Virus record (IMG/VR): IMGVR_UViG_3300020045_010472 | Span: 1 to 37,575 of that record | Source: a virus | Taxonomy: Duplodnaviria; Caudoviricetes | Direction: 5' to 3' (one strand) | Length of the DNA stretch: 37,575 nt | Part shown: positions 19,356 to 28,353 of the stretch, one piece after another | Layout of the letters: every line of letters begins with the position of its first letter | Numbering within the stretch: position 1 is the first letter of the stretch | Made by a program: the position numbers and the translations under genes | The notes under the pieces: generated by a model | What the model was told of the DNA's origin: nothing | Databases searched by the model: none | Seen by the model: only the letters and a program-made list of their open reading frames with translations

Positions 19356-21896
19356 ATGGCAAATAAAAAAATATCACAAATGGGAGAAATTACAACCTTA
19401 GCGGTTGGTGATTATTTTCCCTTTATTGACATTTCGCAGGGTAGTGCAGCGAATAAAAATAAACGTACAACCTATTATTCTTTGGCGAATAATTTAGGAT
19501 TTATGCAGCTTGTAACACAAACTACTCATGGATTTGCTGCAAAGGATTTAATTCGCATGGATTCCGGAACTGAGTTATGGACAAAATCTTTAGCAGATAC
19601 AACCGCTCATGCAGTAGTTGACGGAATAGTATTAAGTGTAGTTGATGCTAACAATTTTTATTATACAGGTTCTCATGGTGCATTATTAGGGGGTTTTGGG
19701 GCTGTATTTGCAGCAGGAGTAAAATTATATTTATCTGCAGTAACAGCAGGTGCTATGACTTCAACTCCTCCTACTATTGAAAGACATGTAGCAACAGGGA
19801 TCACAGAATCACAAATGATTTTTCATCAAAACGCAAGTGATGGCAGTGGTGGAGGTGGTGCAGATTTTTCTGATGCAGCTTTTTCAGTTTACAATGATGC
19901 TGATGTTACTAAGTTATTTCAAATTGATTTGTCCGGTACAACTACGGCAAAATATGTTCGTTTTACTTTTCAAAATACTGATAATAATATTATTTATTTT
20001 CCTAATGTGACCGGAAGCGACACGGTTGTAATGAATAATACTGCTGCGGTTATAACTAATAAAACAATTGATACAAGTTCTGTATTTGCGGATCAATCTG
20101 ATAATACAAAACAATTAAATATTAGCTTAGACCAGATGACAACAGGAAAATATGTTATTATGCAGTTTAATAATACTGATAATGGCACTTTTAATTTTCC
20201 TAATGTAGGAGCAGGAGTTGATACTGTAATGTTAAATCTTGCTGCTGCTCAAGTCACTGAAAAAACATTTGATACAACTTGCGAATTCAATGACAGCACT
20301 GATAATACTAAATATTTACGGCTTGATTTATCAGGAATGACAACTCTTAAAGCTGCAACATTATTTTTTGAAAACACATTAACAAGGTCATATACTTTTC
20401 CTGATGCAAGTGGTTATTTAGTAATGGAAACAACAAGTCAAAATTTGAGCAATAAAGCACTTGATACAACAACTTGTTATTTTTATGAAAATACAAAAGG
20501 AATTGTAAAATTAAATGTAACAGGTTCTACGCTTGGGGAAATTGCTACACTTGATTTTAATCATACGGCTGCCAGAACTTATACTTTTCCTGATGTTTCT
20601 GGTAATATAATGTTAGGTGCAGGTGCAGATGATTGTATTGCAATTTTCTCAGGTTCTGAAGCTATTGCGCATGATGTTGATTTGGCTTGGGATTCTACAA
20701 ATAATGCTTTAACTTTTCCTGTATGGAAGCCAGTAGCTGACGGTACAACAGCATTAAAAATTGTTAAAAATAATGGTACTACAGTTGTTGCAACATTTGA
20801 TACAACAAATTCAAGATTTGGAATAAACAGAACTCCTACAAATGGAAATCTTGAATTGCAAGTAAATACAGTAGCTTATCAACCAACAAATGGTTTTTTA
20901 ATGTATAATTCTGCTGTTGCACATGGGATTACAACTTTTGCTCCAACGTCATGCATATCTGTTATGCAGGGAATAGATGCAACTGGTGGAGGATTAGAAA
21001 TTTTAGGAATGAACTCCAGTGCCACAATTGCAGCAAATATGGGAGTAAGAATCTCAGGTGTTTTAGTTACTGAAACTTCTTCAGATTTATTAGCACCTTT
21101 TATTTTTAGAGGTATAACAAAATCAGGAACATCAGGAACATCAGTTTCAACAGGAAAAAAAGTTTGTGAATTTGTGAATTGGGCAACGGGAATTTTTTCT
21201 CTTTGGGGTGATGGGAAAGTATTAATTATGCCAACAGCTTCTGCAAATCAAGTACCTACTTATTCACTTTCATTTGGGGGGAATACTGCTAAAACAATAG
21301 GACTTGAACGCCACACAACGGCTAATACATCAGGTAATAATTTAACTATAAATGCAGGCGGGGCAACGAGTGGAGCAACTGATAAAAATGGAGGCACATA
21401 TTATAATATTCCTGGTGTTTCAACCGGAACAGGCATGGCTGCATATATTGTTAAAAGTAATCGCAGGGCAGCCACAACAGGAACATCTGATAATTCTCAG
21501 GATGATCGATTTATAGTACCTTCTGAGGTTAATTTAACCGACGGAGTAGCAGTTTCTTTATTTGAAATTGCATTGCCAACATTGACTATGGCTTCGGGAA
21601 ATATTATATATGGAATTGAAGCAACAGACGGAACGGATATGCAGACACATTCTGGGAAAGTTACTTTTTCTGTTGTAAATAAAGGAGGAGTTTATACAAA
21701 ACAAATAACGGATGATACGGCTGTAACAGATTCTAAAGCAGTATCTGTAGGGACTTTAGATGATACATGGACAATACTTGAAGGAACAAATAAAGTAACT
21801 ATTCAATTGAGTGTAAATACTTCATTAACACCTACGTCAATGAAATTATTTTATGTAGTACATAATGATTCAAAACAAGCTGTAACATTATTATAA
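19356..21896 (+). CDS. Tail fibre / receptor-binding protein with four ~65-aa internal repeats
   Basis: MANKKISQM start motif; Thr/Gly/Ser-rich; repeats ending in (Y/N/T)FP(N/D) at about 19866-20615. Confidence 0.75.
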   Translation: MANKKISQMGEITTLAVGDYFPFIDISQGSAANKNKRTTYYSLANNLGFMQLVTQTTHGFAAKDLIRMDSGTELWTKSLADTTAHAVVDGIVLSVVDANNFYYTGSHGALLGGFGAVFAAGVKLYLSAVTAGAMTSTPPTIERHVATGITESQMIFHQNASDGSGGGGADFSDAAFSVYNDADVTKLFQIDLSGTTTAKYVRFTFQNTDNNIIYFPNVTGSDTVVMNNTAAVITNKTIDTSSVFADQSDNTKQLNISLDQMTTGKYVIMQFNNTDNGTFNFPNVGAGVDTVMLNLAAAQVTEKTFDTTCEFNDSTDNTKYLRLDLSGMTTLKAATLFFENTLTRSYTFPDASGYLVMETTSQNLSNKALDTTTCYFYENTKGIVKLNVTGSTLGEIATLDFNHTAARTYTFPDVSGNIMLGAGADDCIAIFSGSEAIAHDVDLAWDSTNNALTFPVWKPVADGTTALKIVKNNGTTVVATFDTTNSRFGINRTPTNGNLELQVNTVAYQPTNGFLMYNSAVAHGITTFAPTSCISVMQGIDATGGGLEILGMNSSATIAANMGVRISGVLVTETSSDLLAPFIFRGITKSGTSGTSVSTGKKVCEFVNWATGIFSLWGDGKVLIMPTASANQVPTYSLSFGGNTAKTIGLERHTTANTSGNNLTINAGGATSGATDKNGGTYYNIPGVSTGTGMAAYIVKSNRRAATTGTSDNSQDDRFIVPSEVNLTDGVAVSLFEIALPTLTMASGNIIYGIEATDGTDMQTHSGKVTFSVVNKGGVYTKQITDDTAVTDSKAVSVGTLDDTWTILEGTNKVTIQLSVNTSLTPTSMKLFYVVHNDSKQAVTLL

Positions 21897-21931
21897 AATT
21901 AATTATATTTGTAAAACTAAAATCTAAAATT

Positions 21932-22312
21932 ATGGCACTAAAAAAAGTAATTAATTTTAAAGGCATTGATGCCGATTATCTTTGTATTACAGATATGCAG
22001 AGTAATAAAAAAACGGGTAACACTCATGTTGTATTATCTTTATATGCAAGCGAAAAAACTCGCAATGATTCATTGCAAAATGAACTAAAGACATTTGTTT
22101 TTTGTATCCCAAAAGATGAAATTACAAAGAAAGAAGCCTATGAGTTTATTAAAACTCCGGTACCTGAAAAAATATTGAAATCAAAAGAGATTCTAGGAAC
22201 TAATGCAGTTGAAGCAACTGAAACAACAGAAGCAATACCAGCGATTGAAACTATACCGGCTGTTTATGAAACAGTAGAAACAAATATTTTTGCTAATGCA
22301 ATTGATTGTTAA
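21932..22312 (+). CDS. Hypothetical protein, possible tail-fibre chaperone
   Basis: MALKK..GI..DY..I and V.LSLYAS pattern; position after the fibre gene. Confidence 0.45.
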   Translation: MALKKVINFKGIDADYLCITDMQSNKKTGNTHVVLSLYASEKTRNDSLQNELKTFVFCIPKDEITKKEAYEFIKTPVPEKILKSKEILGTNAVEATETTEAIPAIETIPAVYETVETNIFANAIDC

Positions 22313-22329
22313 ACATTAATAAATTTTAT

Positions 22330-22662
22330 ATGAAAGTTGTAAAAAAAGAAGCAACAGGAAAGTTTTTAAAATTTGCAGACCGTATTATTATCAGTCAAAT
22401 TTTACCAACGGAAGGCAGTAAAGTTACTCTATTATTAAATCGGGATTTGAGAAAAAAACTTGAAATAACATTGAAAGAAAGAACCGATGCAAAAATTGTT
22501 CAAATCGGACAAAATCTGCAATGGGATTCGACAAAAGATAAAGGAGTTAATATTGAACTTTCCGAAATTGAAATTGCCGTTATTTCAGAGTTATTTCACA
22601 AACTTGATACTGCTGAGAAACTACAAGAAAACTGGATCGAAACAATGGAAAAATTTTGCTAA
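22330..22662 (+). CDS. Hypothetical protein
   Basis: ORF in the late operon; ATG 22330 with A-rich leader preferred over 22306. Confidence 0.6.
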   Translation: MKVVKKEATGKFLKFADRIIISQILPTEGSKVTLLLNRDLRKKLEITLKERTDAKIVQIGQNLQWDSTKDKGVNIELSEIEIAVISELFHKLDTAEKLQENWIETMEKFC

Positions 22663-22692
22663 TATGGAATGGTTTTGTTAAAATAAATTACA

Positions 22693-22938
22693 ATGAATGA
22701 TGTTTTAACTTTGTTAAATTGCAGACCACAAATCGGGATGTGGATTTCTTCAATGGCTGCAATTATAGGAACGATACCCGATTTTATGATTCAAAATAAA
22801 GATTTTATTTTAATGTGTTTTCAAATTATTGCTTATATTTTATCAGGAGCGGTTGCGATTGTTACTTTATATGCAAAATACAGAGATTTAAAATTAAAAG
22901 CAAAACATAAATTCAGAACAAAAAATAATTTGAAATGA
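22693..22938 (+). CDS. Putative holin or antiholin (two hydrophobic segments, basic C-tail)
   Basis: Hydrophobic segments and Lys-rich end; ATGA overlap with the endolysin. Confidence 0.55.
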   Translation: MNDVLTLLNCRPQIGMWISSMAAIIGTIPDFMIQNKDFILMCFQIIAYILSGAVAIVTLYAKYRDLKLKAKHKFRTKNNLK

Positions 22939-23405
22939 AAATTATAAATTCAAATGAAAAAGTCAGCAATAATTTTACGATGCTTGAATTTTACAGGGCT
23001 TCAAGTCCTGTGCATGAATTTGATTTTCCAAAATGTTTAATTGAATCTGCTCAGATTTTACGAGATTGGTTCGAGAAAGAAATCATAATTACTTCCACTT
23101 CCAAACCATCAGATACTTTCGGATTTCACCGTGTCAATAAAGCTATTGATTTTATCAGCATAAAAGACAAAAATAAATTACTATCAAATTTTAAAACAGA
23201 ATGTGAAAATTATGCTACCGGAAAAGGCTCTGTTTTGATTGATAAATTACGGTCAATAGGTGTGACAGGTTTTGGTATAGAAAATGTTTGTATTCACTTA
23301 GATTGCAGAGATAACAGTACTAATAAAACCGACAAATATGGCTCGTATATGATATTTATTTTTGAAATGAAAGACGGCAAAATTTTAATAAATAAAAGTT
23401 TATGA
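22935..23405 (+). CDS. Endolysin, peptidase M15 family
   Basis: SNNFTMLEF, IIITS, H...KAID, GFGI...CIHLDCR Zn-peptidase pattern. Confidence 0.8.
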   Translation: MKIINSNEKVSNNFTMLEFYRASSPVHEFDFPKCLIESAQILRDWFEKEIIITSTSKPSDTFGFHRVNKAIDFISIKDKNKLLSNFKTECENYATGKGSVLIDKLRSIGVTGFGIENVCIHLDCRDNSTNKTDKYGSYMIFIFEMKDGKILINKSL

Positions 23406-23617
23406 ATGAAACAATAAAAAGACTTAAATCAGAAAGTCCGAAATATTTTAAACGTATTCGCAAAGCTGCTTTAATTATTGGTGCTTCTGCTATTGCAATG
23501 CTTACTATTGATACAAGTCTTGCACTTAATATGCCTGAAATATTAATTACAATTTGTAAATATGCAATATTCATTTGTGCGGGAATTGCAGGAACGGCAA
23601 CACTTACTAAAATATAA
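23402..23617 (+). CDS. Putative holin (two TM segments)
   Basis: RLKSESPKYFKRIR followed by two hydrophobic helices; ATGA overlap. Confidence 0.65.
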   Translation: MNETIKRLKSESPKYFKRIRKAALIIGASAIAMLTIDTSLALNMPEILITICKYAIFICAGIAGTATLTKI

Positions 23618-23621
23618 TAAA

Positions 23622-23924
23622 ATGTACATGAGAGATTTAGCTTTTGCTTTTTTAGGTGCTATAATTTTATTTTTAGCCTGTATATTTTTTAGTCTGGATT
23701 TTTCAAACAAAGAAAATATTATTGAAGATCAATCTATTCAATTAAATATTTTACATGAAAATAACTCAATATTAAATGATACAATTGAAGCATTAAAAAA
23801 ACAGGATTCTATTCGCAAAGAAAGTATTTTTAAACTTGTTAAATATGAAAAAAATATTCGTAGCAATATCTATTTTTATAATGCTGTTGCCCTTGACAGT
23901 ATTATCGCAAAATATACGCATTGA
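23622..23924 (+). CDS. Spanin-like inner-membrane coiled-coil protein
   Basis: N-terminal TM then heptad-rich region; overlaps the next gene. Confidence 0.5.
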   Translation: MYMRDLAFAFLGAIILFLACIFFSLDFSNKENIIEDQSIQLNILHENNSILNDTIEALKKQDSIRKESIFKLVKYEKNIRSNIYFYNAVALDSIIAKYTH

Positions 23925-24231
23925 AGGTACTGATACACTTTTCTTTTATTCAATTTCACAGGCTCGAAATATTGCTTTAAATCTGCAATTGTATGAAAAT
24001 TGTAAGCAGTTTAGAATTGAGCAAACACAGGCTTTAAATATTAAAGAGGATATTATTGAACGGCAAACATCAGTACTTCGCAATAAGGATATAGAAATTT
24101 TAACTATCAATCAATCTTTGATTAATTACAAGACTGATAATTTTAAGTTAAAAAAACAGGCGAAATATTATCTTTGGGGATTAAGTGCAGAGGCAATTAT
24201 TTTTTCAGTTTTGTTTATTATAAAAAAATAA
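23845..24231 (+). CDS. Spanin-like protein (signal peptide, coiled coil, C-terminal TM)
   Basis: MKKIFVAISIFIMLLPLTVLS-Q signal; C-terminal YYLWGLSAEAIIFSVLFIIKK. Confidence 0.5.
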   Translation: MKKIFVAISIFIMLLPLTVLSQNIRIEGTDTLFFYSISQARNIALNLQLYENCKQFRIEQTQALNIKEDIIERQTSVLRNKDIEILTINQSLINYKTDNFKLKKQAKYYLWGLSAEAIIFSVLFIIKK

Positions 24232-24240
24232 TTATATTTG
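24210..24240 (+). promoter_or_regulatory. Bacteroidota-type promoter facing a short non-coding segment
   Basis: TTTG (24210-24213), 19 nt spacer, TATATTTG (24233-24240). Confidence 0.5.
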
Positions 24241-24288
24241 TATCTCTTCTTTTTTTTCGTGGTGATTTTAGTTGTTAATTGGTTCGGG

Positions 24289-24317
24289 AAGCCTCTGATT
24301 TATTTCAGGGGCTTTTT
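24289..24317 (+). terminator. Intrinsic terminator at the convergence of the two arms
   Basis: AAGCCTCTGA-TTTATT-TCAGGGGCTT stem with one U.G pair, ending in a T tract. Confidence 0.8.
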
Positions 24318-24319
24318 GA

Positions 24320-24442
24320 TTAATAGTTAAATCGGAATATCCGTTTTACCTTCGCCTTACAAAATTGATAAAGTACCCACCATCTATTAAAGGTGATTAT
24401 ACGTCCACCTCTCACACGTTTTGTTTTCATATACCATTTCAT
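24320..24442 (-). CDS. 40-aa cationic Trp-rich peptide (not in ORF track)
   Basis: MKWYMKTKRVRGGRIITFNRWWVLYQFCKAKVKRIFRFNY*; TAATG overlap with the GT11 stop. Confidence 0.55.
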   Translation of the reverse strand: MKWYMKTKRVRGGRIITFNRWWVLYQFCKAKVKRIFRFNY

Positions 24443-25200
24443 TATACAACCCTCCAATTTTTACAGTAAATATCTTTTGTTTCGAGTCCACATTTTTTGC
24501 CAAACCATTGCTTTGGCGCAATTACTTTTTTATTAGGGTGTTTTCCAAGCCATGCAGCCCACCATGAATAAGTTGAATTTCCGATAATGAAATGAGTACA
24601 TTTCTGCATCATGGCAAAATCTTTCATGTAATGGTTGCCGTCAATGTACGTAACGTCAAGCCATGAAAATAGTTTTTTGCATTCATTTATATCATCTGAA
24701 AATATATACACTTTTGAATTAATTGAAAAATTTTCAAGTGCCTTACAATAATACTCGTTACTCAACCTCGTATGATAATCTCCATCATAGTCACCCCTAC
24801 GAACATGAATAGCAATTGAATTTTCGGGCGGATTAAACTCTGAATACGTATCGTTTAATTCAAAATAATGCCTTATCAAATCAGCGCAATGTTCAAAGTA
24901 TTTTTCTGATTGCATGTGACCAGATAAGCTGCATTTGTCAGGTACTTTAATATCATAATAACCCCAGTGAATTTGCATTTCTCTGTATTTGCCAGCTTCT
25001 AATTTTGGCAACGGATTTTTGAAATACTTGTAAATATCGCAGTCCTCAGAACTGCCAAAACGATCCTTATGGTCGTGGTTAATCCATAACGGAAAACCAT
25101 ATTCAAGATTATTTTTTATAGCTATTCCGATTGTACTGGCAATTTGAAACATCTGATTTGACAGGCGACCGTAGCGACCGAGATTAGCGAAGGTTATCAT
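24442..25200 (-). CDS. Alpha-1,2-fucosyltransferase-like, glycosyltransferase family 11
   Basis: GRLSNQMFQ, GHMQSEKYF, AIHVRRGDY, IFSDD, IIGNSTYSWWAAWL. Confidence 0.93.
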   Translation of the reverse strand: MITFANLGRYGRLSNQMFQIASTIGIAIKNNLEYGFPLWINHDHKDRFGSSEDCDIYKYFKNPLPKLEAGKYREMQIHWGYYDIKVPDKCSLSGHMQSEKYFEHCADLIRHYFELNDTYSEFNPPENSIAIHVRRGDYDGDYHTRLSNEYYCKALENFSINSKVYIFSDDINECKKLFSWLDVTYIDGNHYMKDFAMMQKCTHFIIGNSTYSWWAAWLGKHPNKKVIAPKQWFGKKCGLETKDIYCKNWRVV

Positions 25201-25206
25201 AATAAA

Positions 25207-25404
25207 TTAATTAAGTACTGGTTCAAATGTATGTTGAAGTGACATTGTACTATTTTTTTCATGTTTAGAATAAAATCTATATAAAACTCTAATTGTAAAT
25301 TCATTTGTTTTTAAATTAAAAAAATCATAATCCCACTCTGAATTTATATGAGGAATTAATATTTTAATTGATTGATCATTATATTTTTTATATCCGTATA
25401 TCAT
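25207..25404 (-). CDS. Hypothetical protein
   Basis: 65-aa ORF coupled by ATGA to GT2. Confidence 0.5.
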   Translation of the reverse strand: MIYGYKKYNDQSIKILIPHINSEWDYDFFNLKTNEFTIRVLYRFYSKHEKNSTMSLQHTFEPVLN

Positions 25405-26087
25405 TTTTTCAAGTGTTTATATTTATAACTAAGATATTCTCTTTCGATTAAAATTTGCGAACCTGTGATATGATGGGTTAGTTGATTGGGGTGTTCACGT
25501 ATTAAAACAGGTTGGCTAACATTTAATGGACTTCTATATTTTTGAATTAATTGAACGTAAAAATCACAATCCATTAACCATATAAGATTTTCATCAAATC
25601 GTAAATCGCAATTTCTCCAAGCAACAGCAGAAGGGCAACCGTATGTATTATTTCCCTGTGCAAGTTCGTATAAGTCTAATGGATTATTCGGAATAAATAA
25701 TTCATTTTTAGTTCCAAAATTTAAAGAGTCATAAATCATCCATTTATAATCAGTACAACAAAATAAATAATTTAAAAAATCAAATTGCAAATCATCTTCT
25801 TTAAACTTATCATCCTGAAACATCGGTTTAATAATATCCCCCTGAGTCTGATTAATTGCATTATTTAAGTTAGCAGAAATGTTGCCATACTTTTTATCAA
25901 ACCTGAAATATTTTACATTATTTCGCAGAGAACACGTTGTTTCAATGTCATTATTCTTACTATGATCTGATACAATTATTTCATAATCTTTGAAAGTTTG
26001 CATCTCGATTGAATCTAACAATTCATTGAGATATTGTACGCCTTTTCCGTACATTTCATAAGTTGGTATACAGATGCTAATATTCAT
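25401..26087 (-). CDS. Glycosyltransferase family 2
   Basis: ISICIPTY, YEIIVSDHS, N.NNAI, MFQDD, DCDFY. Confidence 0.9.
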   Translation of the reverse strand: MNISICIPTYEMYGKGVQYLNELLDSIEMQTFKDYEIIVSDHSKNNDIETTCSLRNNVKYFRFDKKYGNISANLNNAINQTQGDIIKPMFQDDKFKEDDLQFDFLNYLFCCTDYKWMIYDSLNFGTKNELFIPNNPLDLYELAQGNNTYGCPSAVAWRNCDLRFDENLIWLMDCDFYVQLIQKYRSPLNVSQPVLIREHPNQLTHHITGSQILIEREYLSYKYKHLKK

Positions 26088-26814
26088 TATTTCTCCTTCT
26101 ATGATGGTTAAAAATTATCGGATAATTATCATTCGGGTAAAATTCTTTATGAGGGTAATCAAACTGGTTATTATACCTAGCAGCCCAATAATGCAGCTTA
26201 ATATCATTCATTAAAGCCATGTTAGTTAAAATCGCCTGATCGTGCCTGTGTTCTCTAAATTCAGGTAGGTTCTCTGATACGCTAGGACTGTCATCAATCA
26301 TATTAGGCATTTGACACCACATTAACCATTCTTTTACAAATTTACGAGAAAATTCTGTATTCTTAAAAAATATTACTGAAGCCTGAGCCTGTTTACTTTC
26401 GTGAAAGTGAGAAAAATCACAATTCATTTTTTTAAATACATCACGTTTACACCAGTGCGAATGTTGATACATATTGCCAAAGATAAATATATCCTGTGTC
26501 ATTCTATCAATAATATAATTAGGGTTTTCAATCCATTCCACGCCAGCATCAGCATAGACTATAATGTCGTTTTCATCGTGCATCAGTAAAGTATCAAGTA
26601 TTATTTTAGGTTTCCATAACCAATAACCACAGCCCCGAGGTTGGGTTAATATTGATTTATTATATTCCCAAAAATCAGCGTATTCGTATCCATGTTCAGA
26701 ATAGTTATAATGACATTTGTCAGCATAATCAAAGCCAAATTTAATCCCTGAATCTAGGCATAAATTAAGTGACTTACTCATTTCTTGGTCAGCGTATGAT
26801 TTTAGTATTTTCAT
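26077..26814 (-). CDS. Putative GT-A fold nucleotide-sugar transferase
   Basis: RGCGYWLWKPKII, VYADAG, HRHDQAILT; within the GT cluster. Confidence 0.65.
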   Translation of the reverse strand: MKILKSYADQEMSKSLNLCLDSGIKFGFDYADKCHYNYSEHGYEYADFWEYNKSILTQPRGCGYWLWKPKIILDTLLMHDENDIIVYADAGVEWIENPNYIIDRMTQDIFIFGNMYQHSHWCKRDVFKKMNCDFSHFHESKQAQASVIFFKNTEFSRKFVKEWLMWCQMPNMIDDSPSVSENLPEFREHRHDQAILTNMALMNDIKLHYWAARYNNQFDYPHKEFYPNDNYPIIFNHHRRRNNEY

Positions 26815-27004
26815 AATTATTTCTAAGATTATTTAATAAATTTTCTACTGTGTCGAATATTTTTGATTCATCTAAAGTTAGATTACTATGTGCTAAAAAA
26901 TCAACTTCCAGATTAATTCTGTTTTTAAATATATTTTTAACTATACCGGATTTAATGGTTTCCCAGTGTAGAAAATAAACTCTCTGATTTATTGATGGTG
27001 TCAT
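26789..27004 (-). CDS. Hypothetical protein
   Basis: 71-aa ORF in the operon. Confidence 0.6.
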   Translation of the reverse strand: MTPSINQRVYFLHWETIKSGIVKNIFKNRINLEVDFLAHSNLTLDESKIFDTVENLLNNLRNNYENTKIIR

Positions 27005-27008
27005 TGAT

Positions 27009-27278
27009 TTAATTTACGAGTATAAAATAAATACTGTAATTTTCACTAATACTGTTATCTTCTTTCAATTTCTTTCGATAACTTTCAATTTCTGCCATTG
27101 AATTAAACGGTCTTTTCTTATCAAAATTAATCGGATTAATTATTTGTTTTGCGGTCGATTTTTCAACTATCATAACACGTCTGATATAATACTTGTCAGA
27201 AACGTATTTTTTAATAATTTTAGGCTGCTTTAAATAAACAGGCTTTTTAATTTGCAGAGGTTTGTAATTAAAAGTCAT
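27009..27278 (-). CDS. Hypothetical protein
   Basis: 89-aa ORF in the operon. Confidence 0.6.
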   Translation of the reverse strand: MTFNYKPLQIKKPVYLKQPKIIKKYVSDKYYIRRVMIVEKSTAKQIINPINFDKKRPFNSMAEIESYRKKLKEDNSISENYSIYFILVN

Positions 27279-27497
27279 TACTCATTCATTTTAGATTGCA
27301 AAATTAATCGAATACTATTCCCTTCATACATCATTATAATAGGAATTTTTGTTTTATTTAATGGTTGTATTTTACCATATTTATTTTCAAATACTTTTGC
27401 TCTACGTTTATTATCATATTTTTTTGTGATAATCTGGCAGGTAATGGAGTTTTGTAATCAACTCCCCGAAGTACTCGGTCTTCAATTTCTTTTTGTG

Positions 27498-28148
27498 TCA
27501 TAATAAATTAGATTTAAAAAATATCGTATGATGTTTAACCGATTGTACCCATGTAGCACCTATTTCTTTGGCTTGATTTCCTGTTTCTTTGCCGATTATA
27601 ATAAAATCCACACCATCAAAACTAATGCCTTCAAAATGGCTTAAAATTGGTTCTAAAGATATAAATTTTGTTACAGACGGAATTTTACATAAAAACTGAT
27701 AGCGGCTCATTTCTGATAGTTTTGTAATTGTTGTACCAAAAACTATATTTTTAGGCATAAAATAATAACTTACAAGTTTGCGATATAATTCAGGGCGTTT
27801 TGTAAGAATATAAAAATTAGCTTCTTGATGCTGATGTATTACATTTACTATTTGATTAATCCATTCTTGTTTTACCTTTGGTTGCACAATATCGGACATT
27901 GAACCAACGAAAATAATAGGCTTGTCAGGGCTTAATTTTTGCGCTAAATGATTTCTTGCTTTAGGCATCGTTACCTTTTTAAAATCTAATCTATCAGGAA
28001 AAAATACAGGTTCCTTCCAGTTTGGAATAAATTTATATCTATGATTTAATTTTTCAGCATAGCAATATTTGCAGCCAAAATCACACCCTACGGTCGGATT
28101 CCAAACGACATCTGCCCAATCTATGGTTGTTTTACTTAATGTTTTCAT
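27498..28148 (-). CDS. DUF5131 / phage Gp37Gp68 family protein (radical-SAM-like)
   Basis: TTIDWADVVWNPTVGC..GCKYCYA, FVGSMSD, ILTKRP, FISLEP, IIIGKETG. Confidence 0.85.
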   Translation of the reverse strand: MKTLSKTTIDWADVVWNPTVGCDFGCKYCYAEKLNHRYKFIPNWKEPVFFPDRLDFKKVTMPKARNHLAQKLSPDKPIIFVGSMSDIVQPKVKQEWINQIVNVIHQHQEANFYILTKRPELYRKLVSYYFMPKNIVFGTTITKLSEMSRYQFLCKIPSVTKFISLEPILSHFEGISFDGVDFIIIGKETGNQAKEIGATWVQSVKHHTIFFKSNLL

Positions 28149-28170
28149 TTCTGTAACAGTTTTTTAATTC

Positions 28171-28353
28171 TTACAAATCGTACATTCCAATAATTCCGGC
28201 ATCAAATTTTTTAATCACTTTGATGCATTTTTCGTATTTTGTTTTATATTTTTTGATCTCCGCTTCAAGTTCCTCAACAGTCTGCGTACAATCAATATAC
28301 TTACCTGCTATTTTTGCGTAAACTTTACCTTTGTATTCCATTGCTCCACTCAT
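28171..28353 (-). CDS. Hypothetical protein
   Basis: 60-aa ORF with ATGA coupling. Confidence 0.6.
   Translation of the reverse strand: MSGAMEYKGKVYAKIAGKYIDCTQTVEELEAEIKKYKTKYEKCIKVIKKFDAGIIGMYDL

Noticed and set aside
19356-21896. Diversity-generating retroelement targeting the fibre
   Set aside because: No reverse transcriptase ORF and no adenine-variant template repeat noticed
21904-21911. Promoter TATATTTG after the fibre gene
   Set aside because: The -7 element matches but there is no TTTG at the expected -33 spacing, in AT-rich context
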